Made by a program: the position numbers and the translations under genes. Of a stretch of 64,000 bases of DNA, positions 27,228-36,502 are shown piece by piece. Origin of the DNA: Deltaproteobacteria bacterium (GTDB lineage Bacteria; Myxococcota_A; UBA796; SXON01); the NCBI GenBank assembly GCA_947484175.1, contig CANKOI010000002.1:22222-86221 (forward strand), in the 5' to 3' direction. The first letter of the stretch is position 1. Each line of letters opens with the position of its first letter. Below the pieces are notes generated by a model that saw only the letters and a list, made by a program, of their open reading frames with translations, was not told the DNA's origin and did not search any database.

Positions 27228-28184
27228 ATGTACCCCCCCCTTGAGCCCCTCCGCACCGGCCAGTTGGCCGTGAGCTCGCTGCACACCCTCTACTGGGAAG
27301 AGTCTGGCAACCCGGAGGGAATCCCCGCGGTGTTCGTGCACGGCGGTCCCGGAGGCGGAACGGAGCCCACCCACCGTCGGTTCTTCGACCCCGCCCGGTA
27401 CCGGATCCTCCTCTTCGACCAACGAGGCTGCGGTCGTTCGACCCCCCACGCCGAGCTGCGCGAGAACACCACCTGGGACCTTGTGGCCGACATGGAGCGG
27501 CTGCGCGTACTCTTGGGAGTAGAGAGCTGGCTGGTGTTCGGCGGCAGTTGGGGGTCCACGCTTGCGCTGGCGTACGCCGAAACCCACCCCGAGCGGGTGC
27601 GCGCCCTGGTGCTCCGCGGCATCTTTCTCGTGCGCCAGTCCGAGATCGACTGGTTCTACCAGCGCGGCTGCGACACGCTGTTCCCGGATGCGTGGGAAGA
27701 CTACCTCGCCGCCATCCCCCCCGCGGAACACGGCGACCTCGTGGCAGCCTACTACCGCCGCCTCACCAGCGACGACGCCTCTGTGCGCCTCGCCGCCGCC
27801 CGCGCGTGGAGCGTCTGGGAGGCCCGCACCAGCAAGCTCATCGTGAGCGAGGACCTCGTGCGGCGCCACGACGACAGCCACTTCGCCGAGGCCTTCGCGC
27901 GCATCGAGTGCCACTACTTCAAGCATCGCTGCTGGTTTGCCCGCGACAACCAGCTCGTGGAGGACGCTTGGAAGCTTCGGAACATCCCCGGCGTCATCAT
28001 CCAAGGCCGCTACGACGTGGTCTGCCCGATGCGCTCGGCCTGGGACCTGCACCGGGCCTGGCCCGAGGCCGAGCTGCACATCGTCCCCGACGCAGGCCAC
28101 AGCGCTTTTGAGGCGGGGATCTCCGCGAAGTTGGTGGAGGCGACGGATTCGCTCGCGGAGCGGCTGTCCGGCGAGCCGCGGTGA
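27228..28184 (+). CDS. pip: Prolyl aminopeptidase (proline iminopeptidase)
   Basis: HGGPG, FDQRGCGRS, GGSWG, GRYDVVC, AGHS. Confidence 0.97.
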   Translation: MYPPLEPLRTGQLAVSSLHTLYWEESGNPEGIPAVFVHGGPGGGTEPTHRRFFDPARYRILLFDQRGCGRSTPHAELRENTTWDLVADMERLRVLLGVESWLVFGGSWGSTLALAYAETHPERVRALVLRGIFLVRQSEIDWFYQRGCDTLFPDAWEDYLAAIPPAEHGDLVAAYYRRLTSDDASVRLAAARAWSVWEARTSKLIVSEDLVRRHDDSHFAEAFARIECHYFKHRCWFARDNQLVEDAWKLRNIPGVIIQGRYDVVCPMRSAWDLHRAWPEAELHIVPDAGHSAFEAGISAKLVEATDSLAERLSGEPR

Positions 28185-28242
28185 GGTCGTACCAATTGAT
28201 CGCGATGTAAGCGTGGACACGGCGCCATGGCGAGCCGTAGCA

Positions 28243-28320
28243 GCAAGCCCAGCCTAGTCGCTTGCCAGCCCGACCACTCCTCGTTGGGCACCGTGGTTGG
28301 ACGGGGCGGTGACGGGCTGG
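28243..28320. terminator. Tandem hairpins between convergent genes
   Basis: GCAAGC...GCTTGC and CCAGCCCG...CGGGCTGG inverted repeats; no U-tract. Confidence 0.35.
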
Positions 28321-28333
28321 AGGTCACACAGTT

Positions 28334-30580
28334 TCAGCCCCAAACCTGCATGACGTACGTTCGCTCAACAGCCCCCTCGATCGTGAGCGTCACCCCTCCC
28401 GCCTTGAGCGTGCCTGACGAAAAGGTGCCGGTGGCGCTCCCCGAGGAGGTGCCCGCACCGTCGGAGCTGTACACCGTGCCGTCAGCCTCCGTGAAGCTGC
28501 CCGCAGCGCCTGCGAAGACCACCACGGTGCGCTCGGAGTCGGCCTCGGAGAGCGTTCGAATGCCGTTGAGCGGGCCGGGCACCAGAGAGTCGGGGGGGGT
28601 CGTGAACAGCGGGACCACGGCGCCAGCGGGCGCGAACACCGGGATGCTGCCCAACGGGGCCGCCAGGGAGCCACTCTCAGCCCGCGCCCCCGTCCACCAG
28701 TCGTACCACTGCACACCGCTGGGCAGGCTCACGTCGAGGGTGGTGACACCGGCTTCCAGCACGGGCGCGACCAGCAGCGAGGGGCCGAGAAGCCAGGCGT
28801 CCATGCGGCCCCAGTCTTCGTCCGGATAGTGGAAGAAGAGCGGCCGAACCAGCGGGGTACCGCGCTCCGCCGCCGCCTCCGCGAGGCCACGGAGGTAGGG
28901 AAACAGGGCCACATGAACGCGACTGAGCGCCGCGAAGGTGGCAAGCGTCTCTTCGTCGCTGTCGAACTGCCAGTCCTCGTCGGAGAACGCCCCGTGGTGC
29001 GTGCGCATGATCGGGCTGAAGGCGCCCAGCGCGGCCCAACGCATCCACAGCTCTTTGTCGCTCGGGTCGTTGCCGAACGACTGGTACCCAGCGATGTCGG
29101 AGCCGTTGAGCGGGATGCCTGCCACGCTCGCGCCGAGCGTCATTGGTACCACGCTGGGCAGGCCGTCGTCGGCATCGAAGCTGGTGCGCTGGTCGCCGGG
29201 CCAGTGAACCGGCGTAATCGACGCCACCCCTGTCCAGCCCGCGCGCGCGAAGATCACCGCATCGTGGTCGGCCGTGGCCTCCGCAGAGAGGTCCAGCCAC
29301 AGGAGCGGCCACACGCTGTGGTCGCGCTCGGCATCGCCGTTGGCGAGGACGGCGTCGGTGGGCAGCCACTCCCCGTAGTCGGCCATCCACCCGTCAAAGC
29401 CGATTTCGAGGCAGGCCTCCATCTTGCCGAGCGCCCACTCGACGGCGGCAGGATCGGTGAGATCGGGCGCGGTCGTCGTGGTGAGCGAGGGGCCCAGGTA
29501 GGTGTAGGGCTCGCCCGCGTCGGTGCGGATCGCATAGTCGAGCGCTTCATCCCAGGCGCGGGTGCCCTCCACGAGCGAGGGGGCAAAGTAGGCGAGCCAC
29601 TTGAAGCCGGCGGCCTCCAGCTCGGCGTCGAGGTCGGAGGGCGCCGGGTAGAGTGTCTCGTCGACGTCCCACTCGGGGACCGGGTGGTACCCCGTGCCGC
29701 CCGATTCGCCGCCGCGCCAGTCCTCCGACCAGATCACGCTGGCGGCGGCACCGGCTGCGCGCAGCTCGGCGGCCACCTCGCGAACCCGCTCCGTGCCGCG
29801 AACCGCATCGGCCCAGGCCGCGAAGGCCCAGTCGGGAGGGAGCACGGGGGAGCCCGACATGCGCGCGTGGGTTTCGACGATGGCGAGCGGCGTGTTGTCG
29901 TCGATCACCGTCCACGCAGCGGCGGCATCGGCCACATCGAGCCGCCAGCGGTTGCCCGTACAGAGATCAACGCTCACGCGCGAGAGGGTGTGGGCCACGA
30001 CGCCGACCGGCTCGGGCCTCACGAAGAAAGGATCGGGCGTGCTGGAGGCGTGCCGGGTTCCCGTGATGAACCAGTCCGCCGGCGGCGTTTCGCTGTCCAC
30101 CTTTCCGATGCCCGGCTCGCTCACCCAGAGGTCAAAGGCCTCGCCGACGTGGTCCACATCCATGGCGTGCTCGCCACCGCCTACGAAGTGGTCGTCGCCG
30201 GTGCACGCAGCGTCGAACCGCACTCGATTGCCCTCGAACGCGACCACCTGCACAGCCAACGCCGAGGTGGCGGCGGGGGAGAGCAACACTTCGCCCACGG
30301 GCTGATCGTCGCTGTCGAGCAGATCGAAGCCCCAGAAGCCCTCGCCCTGCCGGTTGGCGAGGTGCACCTCGCTCCAAACCGTCTCCCCCGACACGAGGCG
30401 GTAGCTGCCCGCCTGGAACTCGTACACCTCGTCGCCCCGCCCGACGGCGAAACGAAGGTCCGTCAGGAGCGGCTTTCCCGTGTACCGAGTGACGTCGAGC
30501 CCGCCGTCTTCACGCTCGGTGACGACGAGGTCGCCAAGCTGGACACTGCCGAGGCACCCGCCGAGGAACCAGACGAACAT
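28334..30580 (-). CDS. Glycoside hydrolase family 31 (YihQ-like), probable lipoprotein
   Basis: GWMADYGE nucleophile, WPGDQ acid/base, SDIAGY, MRTHHG, LLVAPV. Confidence 0.9.
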   Translation of the reverse strand: MFVWFLGGCLGSVQLGDLVVTEREDGGLDVTRYTGKPLLTDLRFAVGRGDEVYEFQAGSYRLVSGETVWSEVHLANRQGEGFWGFDLLDSDDQPVGEVLLSPAATSALAVQVVAFEGNRVRFDAACTGDDHFVGGGEHAMDVDHVGEAFDLWVSEPGIGKVDSETPPADWFITGTRHASSTPDPFFVRPEPVGVVAHTLSRVSVDLCTGNRWRLDVADAAAAWTVIDDNTPLAIVETHARMSGSPVLPPDWAFAAWADAVRGTERVREVAAELRAAGAAASVIWSEDWRGGESGGTGYHPVPEWDVDETLYPAPSDLDAELEAAGFKWLAYFAPSLVEGTRAWDEALDYAIRTDAGEPYTYLGPSLTTTTAPDLTDPAAVEWALGKMEACLEIGFDGWMADYGEWLPTDAVLANGDAERDHSVWPLLWLDLSAEATADHDAVIFARAGWTGVASITPVHWPGDQRTSFDADDGLPSVVPMTLGASVAGIPLNGSDIAGYQSFGNDPSDKELWMRWAALGAFSPIMRTHHGAFSDEDWQFDSDEETLATFAALSRVHVALFPYLRGLAEAAAERGTPLVRPLFFHYPDEDWGRMDAWLLGPSLLVAPVLEAGVTTLDVSLPSGVQWYDWWTGARAESGSLAAPLGSIPVFAPAGAVVPLFTTPPDSLVPGPLNGIRTLSEADSERTVVVFAGAAGSFTEADGTVYSSDGAGTSSGSATGTFSSGTLKAGGVTLTIEGAVERTYVMQVWG

Positions 30581-30726
30581 GGGCGGGCGTTATCCCGGCC
30601 GCCGGCCTCCGTGTTCAGGATCATCGGGTTCAACAGCCCGAGCGCGACCGCGACGACCATGGGGGAAGCTGTGAACTGCATTCCCAGACTCTACACACGG
30701 CGCGCGCGGCCGCCTGTCTCGCTGCG

Positions 30727-32040
30727 TCATGGTGCGTCAAGCGACGGTGAAGCGTGCAGCCAGGCAGGCGAGGTGGCGAGGCCGCCGGGGAGCACCGCCT
30801 CGCCGGTTCGCAAGGAGAGCCCGCCCGCGTCGGCCACGCGGGTGCCCGCGAACAGGAGGAGGCTTCCGTCTACGAGGCGGGCGGCTCCCACGCCGTCGGG
30901 GCGGGCCCCGGCGAGGTCGTGGGCGGCGAGCTGCTCCGCAAGGTGCCGGAACACGGCACCGGCGGGCTTTTCGACGGGCGCGCGCCCCTCGACGGCCTGA
31001 AGCAGCGAGTGCGTGCCGAAGTCTCCGACCCCGACCCTTCGCCCTCCGCGTCGGGGCGGATCGGCGAGGCTGTGCCAGAACAGTCGCTCGGCCCCGGCCA
31101 TGGCCGCCCAGGCCGCCACCGAGGCCACGCGACGTCCCTGCTCCTCCTCCCCCACGGCACCCGACACGCTCGTTTCCGTCACCCAGATCGGCTTGCCCGG
31201 CGAGAGGGCGGCCAAGGCGCGTACTCCCCCGGCGAGGCGCTCCCCGTCATCGTCGTGGTAGGTGTGGAGCGAGAGGATGTCGAAGCTCTCCACCACCCCC
31301 GGGTACGCCAGAACGGCTTCGGCGTACGCCTGACCGGCTGCCGCGTGGGGGCGGTAGAGGCCCAGCGCTAAGACTCTCGCATCCGGGGATGCCGCCCGAA
31401 TCGCCGCCGCCGCCGTGGTCAGGACGATGGCGTACTCGCCGGGTGTGCAGAAGGTAGCCGGGTCGTAGGTGCGCTCAGCCCCCCGAGCGACGTTCGTATT
31501 TTTGAGGTCGGTTTCGTTGTCGACCTCCCAGTACCGGATGGGCGCGACTAGGCCCGGCATGTCGCCCACACCGTCGCCATCGTAGCGCTCCACCAATGCC
31601 GCGGTGCAGGCAGCCCAGGCCCCCAGGTCGTCCGGAAGGTAGCGGGCCGTGTAGGCCGCCGTCTGGTTCGCCGGCCAGGGGCTCACCATCCCCACCCCCA
31701 CCAGGTCTGCGCCGAGCGCTCGCACCCAGCTGTCCATGTCGGCCAATGCTTCGGGATTTCGGGCCAGCCGATCGCAGGAGACCCTCGGGAAGTTGAAGGT
31801 GTGGGCTCGAACCAAAGAGGCGCCGAGGGCGCGGGTGTGAGCGGCGTCCTCCGCCAAGGCTGCATCGACGTCTTCCCGACTCTTGCCCGCACGAGCCGCC
31901 GCCGGCACAGCGATCGCTTCGTTGACGCCGAGCCGAAAACCCTTAGCGGGAGGCCGGGGAAACTCCCCCTCGAGCGGCCACGTGAGCGCGCCCGCCGACG
32001 TCGTGCTCGTGGTGGCGCACGCGAGCGCGAGGAGGATCAG
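30727..32040 (-). CDS. Clan GH-A glycoside hydrolase (GH39/GH5-like) lipoprotein, probable CTG start
   Basis: YWEVDNE and PIWVTE catalytic motifs, SLHTY; ILLALAC lipobox begins at a CTG overlapping the upstream TGA. Confidence 0.8.
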   Translation of the reverse strand: MILLALACATTSTTSAGALTWPLEGEFPRPPAKGFRLGVNEAIAVPAAARAGKSREDVDAALAEDAAHTRALGASLVRAHTFNFPRVSCDRLARNPEALADMDSWVRALGADLVGVGMVSPWPANQTAAYTARYLPDDLGAWAACTAALVERYDGDGVGDMPGLVAPIRYWEVDNETDLKNTNVARGAERTYDPATFCTPGEYAIVLTTAAAAIRAASPDARVLALGLYRPHAAAGQAYAEAVLAYPGVVESFDILSLHTYHDDDGERLAGGVRALAALSPGKPIWVTETSVSGAVGEEEQGRRVASVAAWAAMAGAERLFWHSLADPPRRGGRRVGVGDFGTHSLLQAVEGRAPVEKPAGAVFRHLAEQLAAHDLAGARPDGVGAARLVDGSLLLFAGTRVADAGGLSLRTGEAVLPGGLATSPAWLHASPSLDAP

Positions 32041-32717
32041 TCTTCGACCAGACGCAGAGTGGGGCGGGGGCCGGCCGGGGGCGAGACTTCGGGGGGCGGC
32101 ACGGGGGTGGGGGCGGGTTCGTTGGGCAACGTGAAGGCTACGGAGCGCAACGCCGACCAGGGGAAGGTGCAGACCCGAAGCGCGTCGAACGAGAGGGTTA
32201 CCTGCAGCTCGTCGTCGCGAAACTCGGCGCGGTTGTGGCGATGCCACTGGGACTCGAGCCGAATCGGCAGGGTTTCGGGAAAACGTGCGAGCACCGACTC
32301 TGGCACACCCGACTGCTTGATCGCGGCCACCGAGTAGTGCAAGAACATGTCGAGCCCGAACAGAAAGCCGGCGCGCACCAGCTCTCGGGAAGGGTTTCCG
32401 AACGCGTCGATCCCATCGTCAGCCGCTACCCCGCCTTGGAGCGTGTGCACCGCCGACACGGACTCCTCACCAGCGTGCAGGGGGAGCTCTTCCGCGGCGG
32501 CCTCCATGCCCATGAGCGCGGCCATGTCCTTCTGCAGTTCCAGCGCCTGCGCGATGGCGAGAAATTCATCGATGCTCAGGTCGGCATGACCGGCGAGGCG
32601 TCGTTTGAGCTCGGCACGCGAGAGCCCCGCGCGCGCCGCGAGGTCGGTCGTGCTCACACCTCGCTTGAGGAGCGCATCGCGGAGCATTTGAAGCAGGGGA
32701 TCGGAGGGACGAGGCAC
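32037..32717 (-). CDS. XRE-type HTH fused to an SspB-like (ClpXP adaptor) domain
   Basis: HTH TTDLAARAGLSRAELKRRLAG; VPESVLARFPETLPIRL...LQVTLSFD...FPWSAL; Pro-rich linker; C-terminal RPTLRLVED. Confidence 0.7.
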   Translation of the reverse strand: MPRPSDPLLQMLRDALLKRGVSTTDLAARAGLSRAELKRRLAGHADLSIDEFLAIAQALELQKDMAALMGMEAAAEELPLHAGEESVSAVHTLQGGVAADDGIDAFGNPSRELVRAGFLFGLDMFLHYSVAAIKQSGVPESVLARFPETLPIRLESQWHRHNRAEFRDDELQVTLSFDALRVCTFPWSALRSVAFTLPNEPAPTPVPPPEVSPPAGPRPTLRLVED

Positions 32718-32751
32718 GAGGATGGCCTATCGCGGCAGCAGGGGGGGCGCC

Positions 32752-34929
32752 TCAGCGATTCCGCGGCGGAGCAGGCGCTTCCGGGGACTCCGGTTCTTCG
32801 GGCTCGTCGGTTTCGGCTGCCCGTTTCTTCGCGAGTTCTTCCGGAGTGAGCGGAAGGCCCAATCCCCGGCCCCCAGCGCTGCCGCCGGTGGAGCTCGACT
32901 CGGCGCCGAATCCGAAGTCTGGCACCGTCTTGCCGAGGTGGGCACGCGAGGCGGCGCCTTCGTTCGTAGGTGAGCTGGCCTTCGTCCCGGCGAGCGCCTC
33001 CGGGACGGTATCCTTCGGGGCGAAGCGAGCAGATGGACCGGAATCGCCTGTCCCCTGACCGCTTCCCGCTCCGGGGGCGAACCCGCCCGCCCGGGCCGGG
33101 CCGCCGCCGAACGCACTTGCAGCGCTGGCCGTTGACGTTTCTCCGCCGCTCCCGCCATGCGAGCCGGCCTCGGTTTGAGTGGCGGAGCTGGTGCCTCCGT
33201 GGGCACCAGCGGCCATACTGCCGGCCGCTGCAGAATCGGTCCCGACCGCGCCCCCGCTGGCAGGGCTTCCACCGCCGCCGCTCGCCGGGCCACTCCCGCT
33301 CCCCGCAGCGCCAACGCCACCCCCAGCGCCGGCACCTCCGCTCGCCGGGCCACTCCCGCTCCCCGCTGCGCCAACGCCACCCCCAGCGCCCGCACCGCCG
33401 CTCGCGGGGCCACTCCCGCTCCCCGCTGCGCCAACGCCACCCGCCGCGCCGCCGCCGTTGCTCGCCGCTCCACCACCGGCCCCCGCACCGCCCACGCCAC
33501 CGGCCGCCCCACCACCGGTCCCGACGCTGCCTACGCCCCCAGTCCCCGCCGCGCCGCCGGCGGTGCTCGCCGCCCCACCACCGGTCCCGACGCTGCCTAC
33601 GCCCCCCGCCGGTCCACCGCTGACCACCGCGCCACCACCACCGGAACCACCGCCCGCGCCGACTGCGCTCGCTCCCGGGCCCCCACCGGTCCCGACCGTG
33701 CCTCCGCCGCCACCGCCCGCGCCGACTGCGCCCGCTCCCGGGCCCCCACCGCTGCCGCCCGAGCCTCCACCCGCCGGACGACCACCACCACCGGCCGCGC
33801 CCCCTCCGCTTCCGCCCGAGCCTCCACCGGCCGGACGACCACCACCACCCGCCGCACCCCCTCCGCTTCCGCCCGAGCCTCCGCCCGCCGGACGGCCGCC
33901 GCCGCCGGCCGCACCCCCTCCGCTTCCGCCCGAGCCTCCGCCCGCCGGACGGCCGCCGCCGCCGCCCGAAAGCCCGCCCACGATCGCACCGATCGCCAGA
34001 CCCACGGCGGCCTTGATCACCGCGTCACTCAGGCTTGCTCCGCCCGTCGTGCCACCGGTGCCCGTCGTGCCACCGGTGCCCATCGTGCCACCGCTACCGG
34101 CCGTCCCGCCACCGGAGTTGCCGCCGCCCGTCGCCCCGCCGCCACCCGACGCACCCCCGCCCCCTGAAGCACCGCCGCCGCCCGACGACCCGCCACCCGT
34201 CGTACCCCCGCCCGCGTCGCCTCCCCCCGAGCCCTCCGGCTTCGTAGGCGGGTGTCGATGCTTCGGCGTGGACTTCTTCGCCTTCGGGGCGCCCGGAGAG
34301 CCCTCGTTGTACGTGGAAATCGAACCCTTCTGAGTTTGGGAGCCGCCCCCATCGAGAGTCATCGTGGCGCCAGCCTTCCACGCCACGGTCTGCTTTCCCT
34401 CCATCGCGATCGACGCGCTGGCCTCCAGCTTGAAGTCCGTGCAGGAGAGGCTGATGGTCTCCTTCGCTTCCACGACGAAGTTCTTGTCGACCTTCGTGGT
34501 GAGCACCTTGTTGGCCGCGTGCGCCTCTTGGTAGATGGCGTTGTTCTCCGTGGTGGACTTCAGCTCGATCCGCTCGGCGCCCTCGGTGTCGTCGAAGTCG
34601 ATCCAGTGCGAGTTCCGCGACCAGAACCGCCGGTGGTCGTCGTTGCCATCTTCGTTCGCGTAGGGCTTGGGCTTGTCGGCATTGCCGTTGTAGACGGCGC
34701 CGAGGATGTAGGGCGACATCGTGCGGTAGGCGAAGCCGATCACCACCTCGGTGCCCACATCGGGGATGATCACCCAGCCCCGCTTCTTGCCGCTCATGGG
34801 CCACATCATCCGCACCCAGGTGCTCTCCGGCGGCGACTCGTGGTCGACCGGAAATTTCACCTTCACGCGAGCGAGCTTGTCGGGGTCCTTGTTGTCGATC
34901 ACCAGGCCGACGACGATGCCGTTGATCAT
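32752..34929 (-). CDS. gp5/phage baseplate assembly protein V (VgrG OB-fold plus beta-helix) with a long Gly-rich extension
   Basis: GLVIDNKDPDKLARVKVKFP...W...PDVGTEVVIGF...ILGAVYNG; about 400 aa Gly-rich tail. Confidence 0.9.
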   Translation of the reverse strand: MINGIVVGLVIDNKDPDKLARVKVKFPVDHESPPESTWVRMMWPMSGKKRGWVIIPDVGTEVVIGFAYRTMSPYILGAVYNGNADKPKPYANEDGNDDHRRFWSRNSHWIDFDDTEGAERIELKSTTENNAIYQEAHAANKVLTTKVDKNFVVEAKETISLSCTDFKLEASASIAMEGKQTVAWKAGATMTLDGGGSQTQKGSISTYNEGSPGAPKAKKSTPKHRHPPTKPEGSGGGDAGGGTTGGGSSGGGGASGGGGASGGGGATGGGNSGGGTAGSGGTMGTGGTTGTGGTTGGASLSDAVIKAAVGLAIGAIVGGLSGGGGGRPAGGGSGGSGGGAAGGGGRPAGGGSGGSGGGAAGGGGRPAGGGSGGSGGGAAGGGGRPAGGGSGGSGGGPGAGAVGAGGGGGGTVGTGGGPGASAVGAGGGSGGGGAVVSGGPAGGVGSVGTGGGAASTAGGAAGTGGVGSVGTGGGAAGGVGGAGAGGGAASNGGGAAGGVGAAGSGSGPASGGAGAGGGVGAAGSGSGPASGGAGAGGGVGAAGSGSGPASGGGGSPASGGAVGTDSAAAGSMAAGAHGGTSSATQTEAGSHGGSGGETSTASAASAFGGGPARAGGFAPGAGSGQGTGDSGPSARFAPKDTVPEALAGTKASSPTNEGAASRAHLGKTVPDFGFGAESSSTGGSAGGRGLGLPLTPEELAKKRAAETDEPEEPESPEAPAPPRNR
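33240..34230. repeat. Nested coding tandem repeats of the Gly-rich tail
   Basis: GGGGRPAGGGSGGSGGGAA about 4x (57 bp); GAGGGVGAAGSGSGPASGGA about 3x (60 bp); GGVGSVGTGGGAA 2x. Confidence 0.85.
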
Positions 34930-34936
34930 CGGGACC

Positions 34937-35593
34937 TCAGTTGAGCTGAATGATGCCGGCCTTCACGGTCAGCGAGCTGCCACCATCAATGCCCATCGAA
35001 GCCGAAGCCTTCGCCTCAAACGTGCTGCCCGCCTTCATCGAGATCGAGCTGCCGGCCTCCAAGATGAAGTCCTTACACTTGAAGCTCATCGTCTCCTTCG
35101 CTTCGACGATGATGTCCTTGCCGCTGTACACGCTCAGGGTCTTGTCCTTCGCGTCCCAGATGATGCGGATCTCTTCGTTGTGGGTGATCAGCTCAATGCG
35201 CTCGTCGCCCGACTTGTCGTCGAAGGTGAGGCGGTGGCCCGAGCGACTCTGGAACACCCGTAGGTTGTTGTCGCCGTCTTCGTTGGCGTAGGGGGGCGTG
35301 TCCACCCCGTTGTAGAGGGACCCCAGAACGATGGCGTTGTTGATGTCGCCGTGTACGAAGCCGACGAGCACCTCGTCTTCCACCTCGGGGATGGTCATCC
35401 AGCCGCGCTCGCGGCCGGCCATCGGCATGGCGAGGCGCGCCCACCAGCTCTCGGGCATGTCGGGCAGCGTGGGGAACTTCACCTTGATGCGGCCGAGCTT
35501 CTCAGGGTCCTTGTTGTCGGTACACAGGCCTTCCACCAAGCCCGGCATCTGCCCCGAAGTGGGCCGACCATGGCGATCCGTGACCTTGGGCAT
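34937..35593 (-). CDS. gp5/phage baseplate assembly protein V (short spike subunit)
   Basis: DNKDPEKLGRIKVKFP...WARLAMPMAG..RG...PEVEDEVLVGF.HGD...VLGSLYNG; SRSGH; beta-helix C-terminus. Confidence 0.93.
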   Translation of the reverse strand: MPKVTDRHGRPTSGQMPGLVEGLCTDNKDPEKLGRIKVKFPTLPDMPESWWARLAMPMAGRERGWMTIPEVEDEVLVGFVHGDINNAIVLGSLYNGVDTPPYANEDGDNNLRVFQSRSGHRLTFDDKSGDERIELITHNEEIRIIWDAKDKTLSVYSGKDIIVEAKETMSFKCKDFILEAGSSISMKAGSTFEAKASASMGIDGGSSLTVKAGIIQLN

Positions 35594-35617
35594 ACCGACT
35601 CCGACGGATGAGACGTG

Positions 35618-35623
35618 AGTATA
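35618..35623 (-). promoter_or_regulatory. Putative -10 element (TATACT) for the gp5 pair
   Basis: AGTATA on the plus strand, 24 nt upstream of ATG 35593. Confidence 0.4.
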
Positions 35624-35641
35624 CGGGCCTGTTCCGAAATG

Positions 35642-36502
35642 CTATCCCGAACGCCGAGCCCGGAGCACCATAACGGAGTGTGCGTGTTCGGTTCGCGGTC
35701 CGAGGCGCAGGCGCCACTCCAGATCGAGCGGCGGCTCGGTGAGCCGACAGGTCGGCCACCAGCTCCCGAACGCCGCTTCGCCCTTGAGCGCGGTGGTGAG
35801 TGCAGCGGGAGTGAACTGCTGATCGGGGGCGGTGATCGTGTCGTCGAACGCGAAGGCACAGGTCACGAGGAGCTCCCCGCCAGGGGCCACGAGGGCGTCA
35901 GCCTGCGCGAGAACCAGCGCCGGGTCGGCACAGCTGTCGAGAACGTTGGCGAGCACGACCGTGGCGAAGCTCCCTGCGAGGAAGGGCGGGTCGGCGGCAT
36001 CCGCGACAAGCGCCGAGCCAGCGAGGAGAGCGGCGCCGTCGGGCGTGTCGACAACGGAGGCGCTGGGCCGCCCCGCCCGCAGCAGCACGAAGTTCAAGTC
36101 GAGCCGCACCGAGTCTGCGTTCCCGAGCCCCGACCCCAGCTCCAGCACCGGTCCCGAGGTAGCGCGCACAGCAGCCGACACCCACTCGCTCAGCGGACTC
36201 GACGGCGCCCGCGCGTACACTTCGAGGAGCCGGCGGTTGCGGCGGCTCGGCGAGTCGACGGAGAGCAGCTCCGCCACCTCGTCATCGACGTCCGCGCGCC
36301 GCAAGGCCGAGGGCCCCTCGCTCGCCGCCCAGCCGGCGAGGTCGCGGAGCACAACCGGAATCCCATCCACGATGGGGTAGCGCCGACCGCACTCGCAACG
36401 GAGGATCGCACCGCTGCGCCGGAGGGGGCGCACCCGCAGCGCTCCTTCCTCGACCCTTCGACACGCCGGGCAGACGAGCAGGACCGCGGCGAGGTCAGCC
36501 AC
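35642..36502 (-). CDS. Class I SAM-dependent methyltransferase with an N-terminal Trm112-like Zn knuckle
   Basis: LVCPAC...LRCECGRRYPIVDGIP; VLELGSGLG; VADAADPPF..GSF; LAPGG-like VAPGG; overlaps the PAAR stop by 8 nt. Confidence 0.85.
   Translation of the reverse strand: MADLAAVLLVCPACRRVEEGALRVRPLRRSGAILRCECGRRYPIVDGIPVVLRDLAGWAASEGPSALRRADVDDEVAELLSVDSPSRRNRRLLEVYARAPSSPLSEWVSAAVRATSGPVLELGSGLGNADSVRLDLNFVLLRAGRPSASVVDTPDGAALLAGSALVADAADPPFLAGSFATVVLANVLDSCADPALVLAQADALVAPGGELLVTCAFAFDDTITAPDQQFTPAALTTALKGEAAFGSWWPTCRLTEPPLDLEWRLRLGPRTEHAHSVMVLRARRSG

Noticed and set aside
28185-28333. SRP RNA or other known ncRNA between pip and GH31
   Set aside because: Lacks the SRP GGAA/AGCAG domain IV arrangement; kept only as possible terminator hairpins.
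30595-30726. Possible riboswitch or small ORF upstream of the GH31 gene
   Set aside because: Short hairpins only, with no TPP, cobalamin or SAM consensus; GH31 appears to have its own leaderless promoter downstream of them.
33157-34333. Pro-rich plus-strand ORFs (384 aa and 336 aa)
   Set aside because: Antisense shadows of the Gly-rich gp5 tail, which is continuous with a recognisable gp5 domain.
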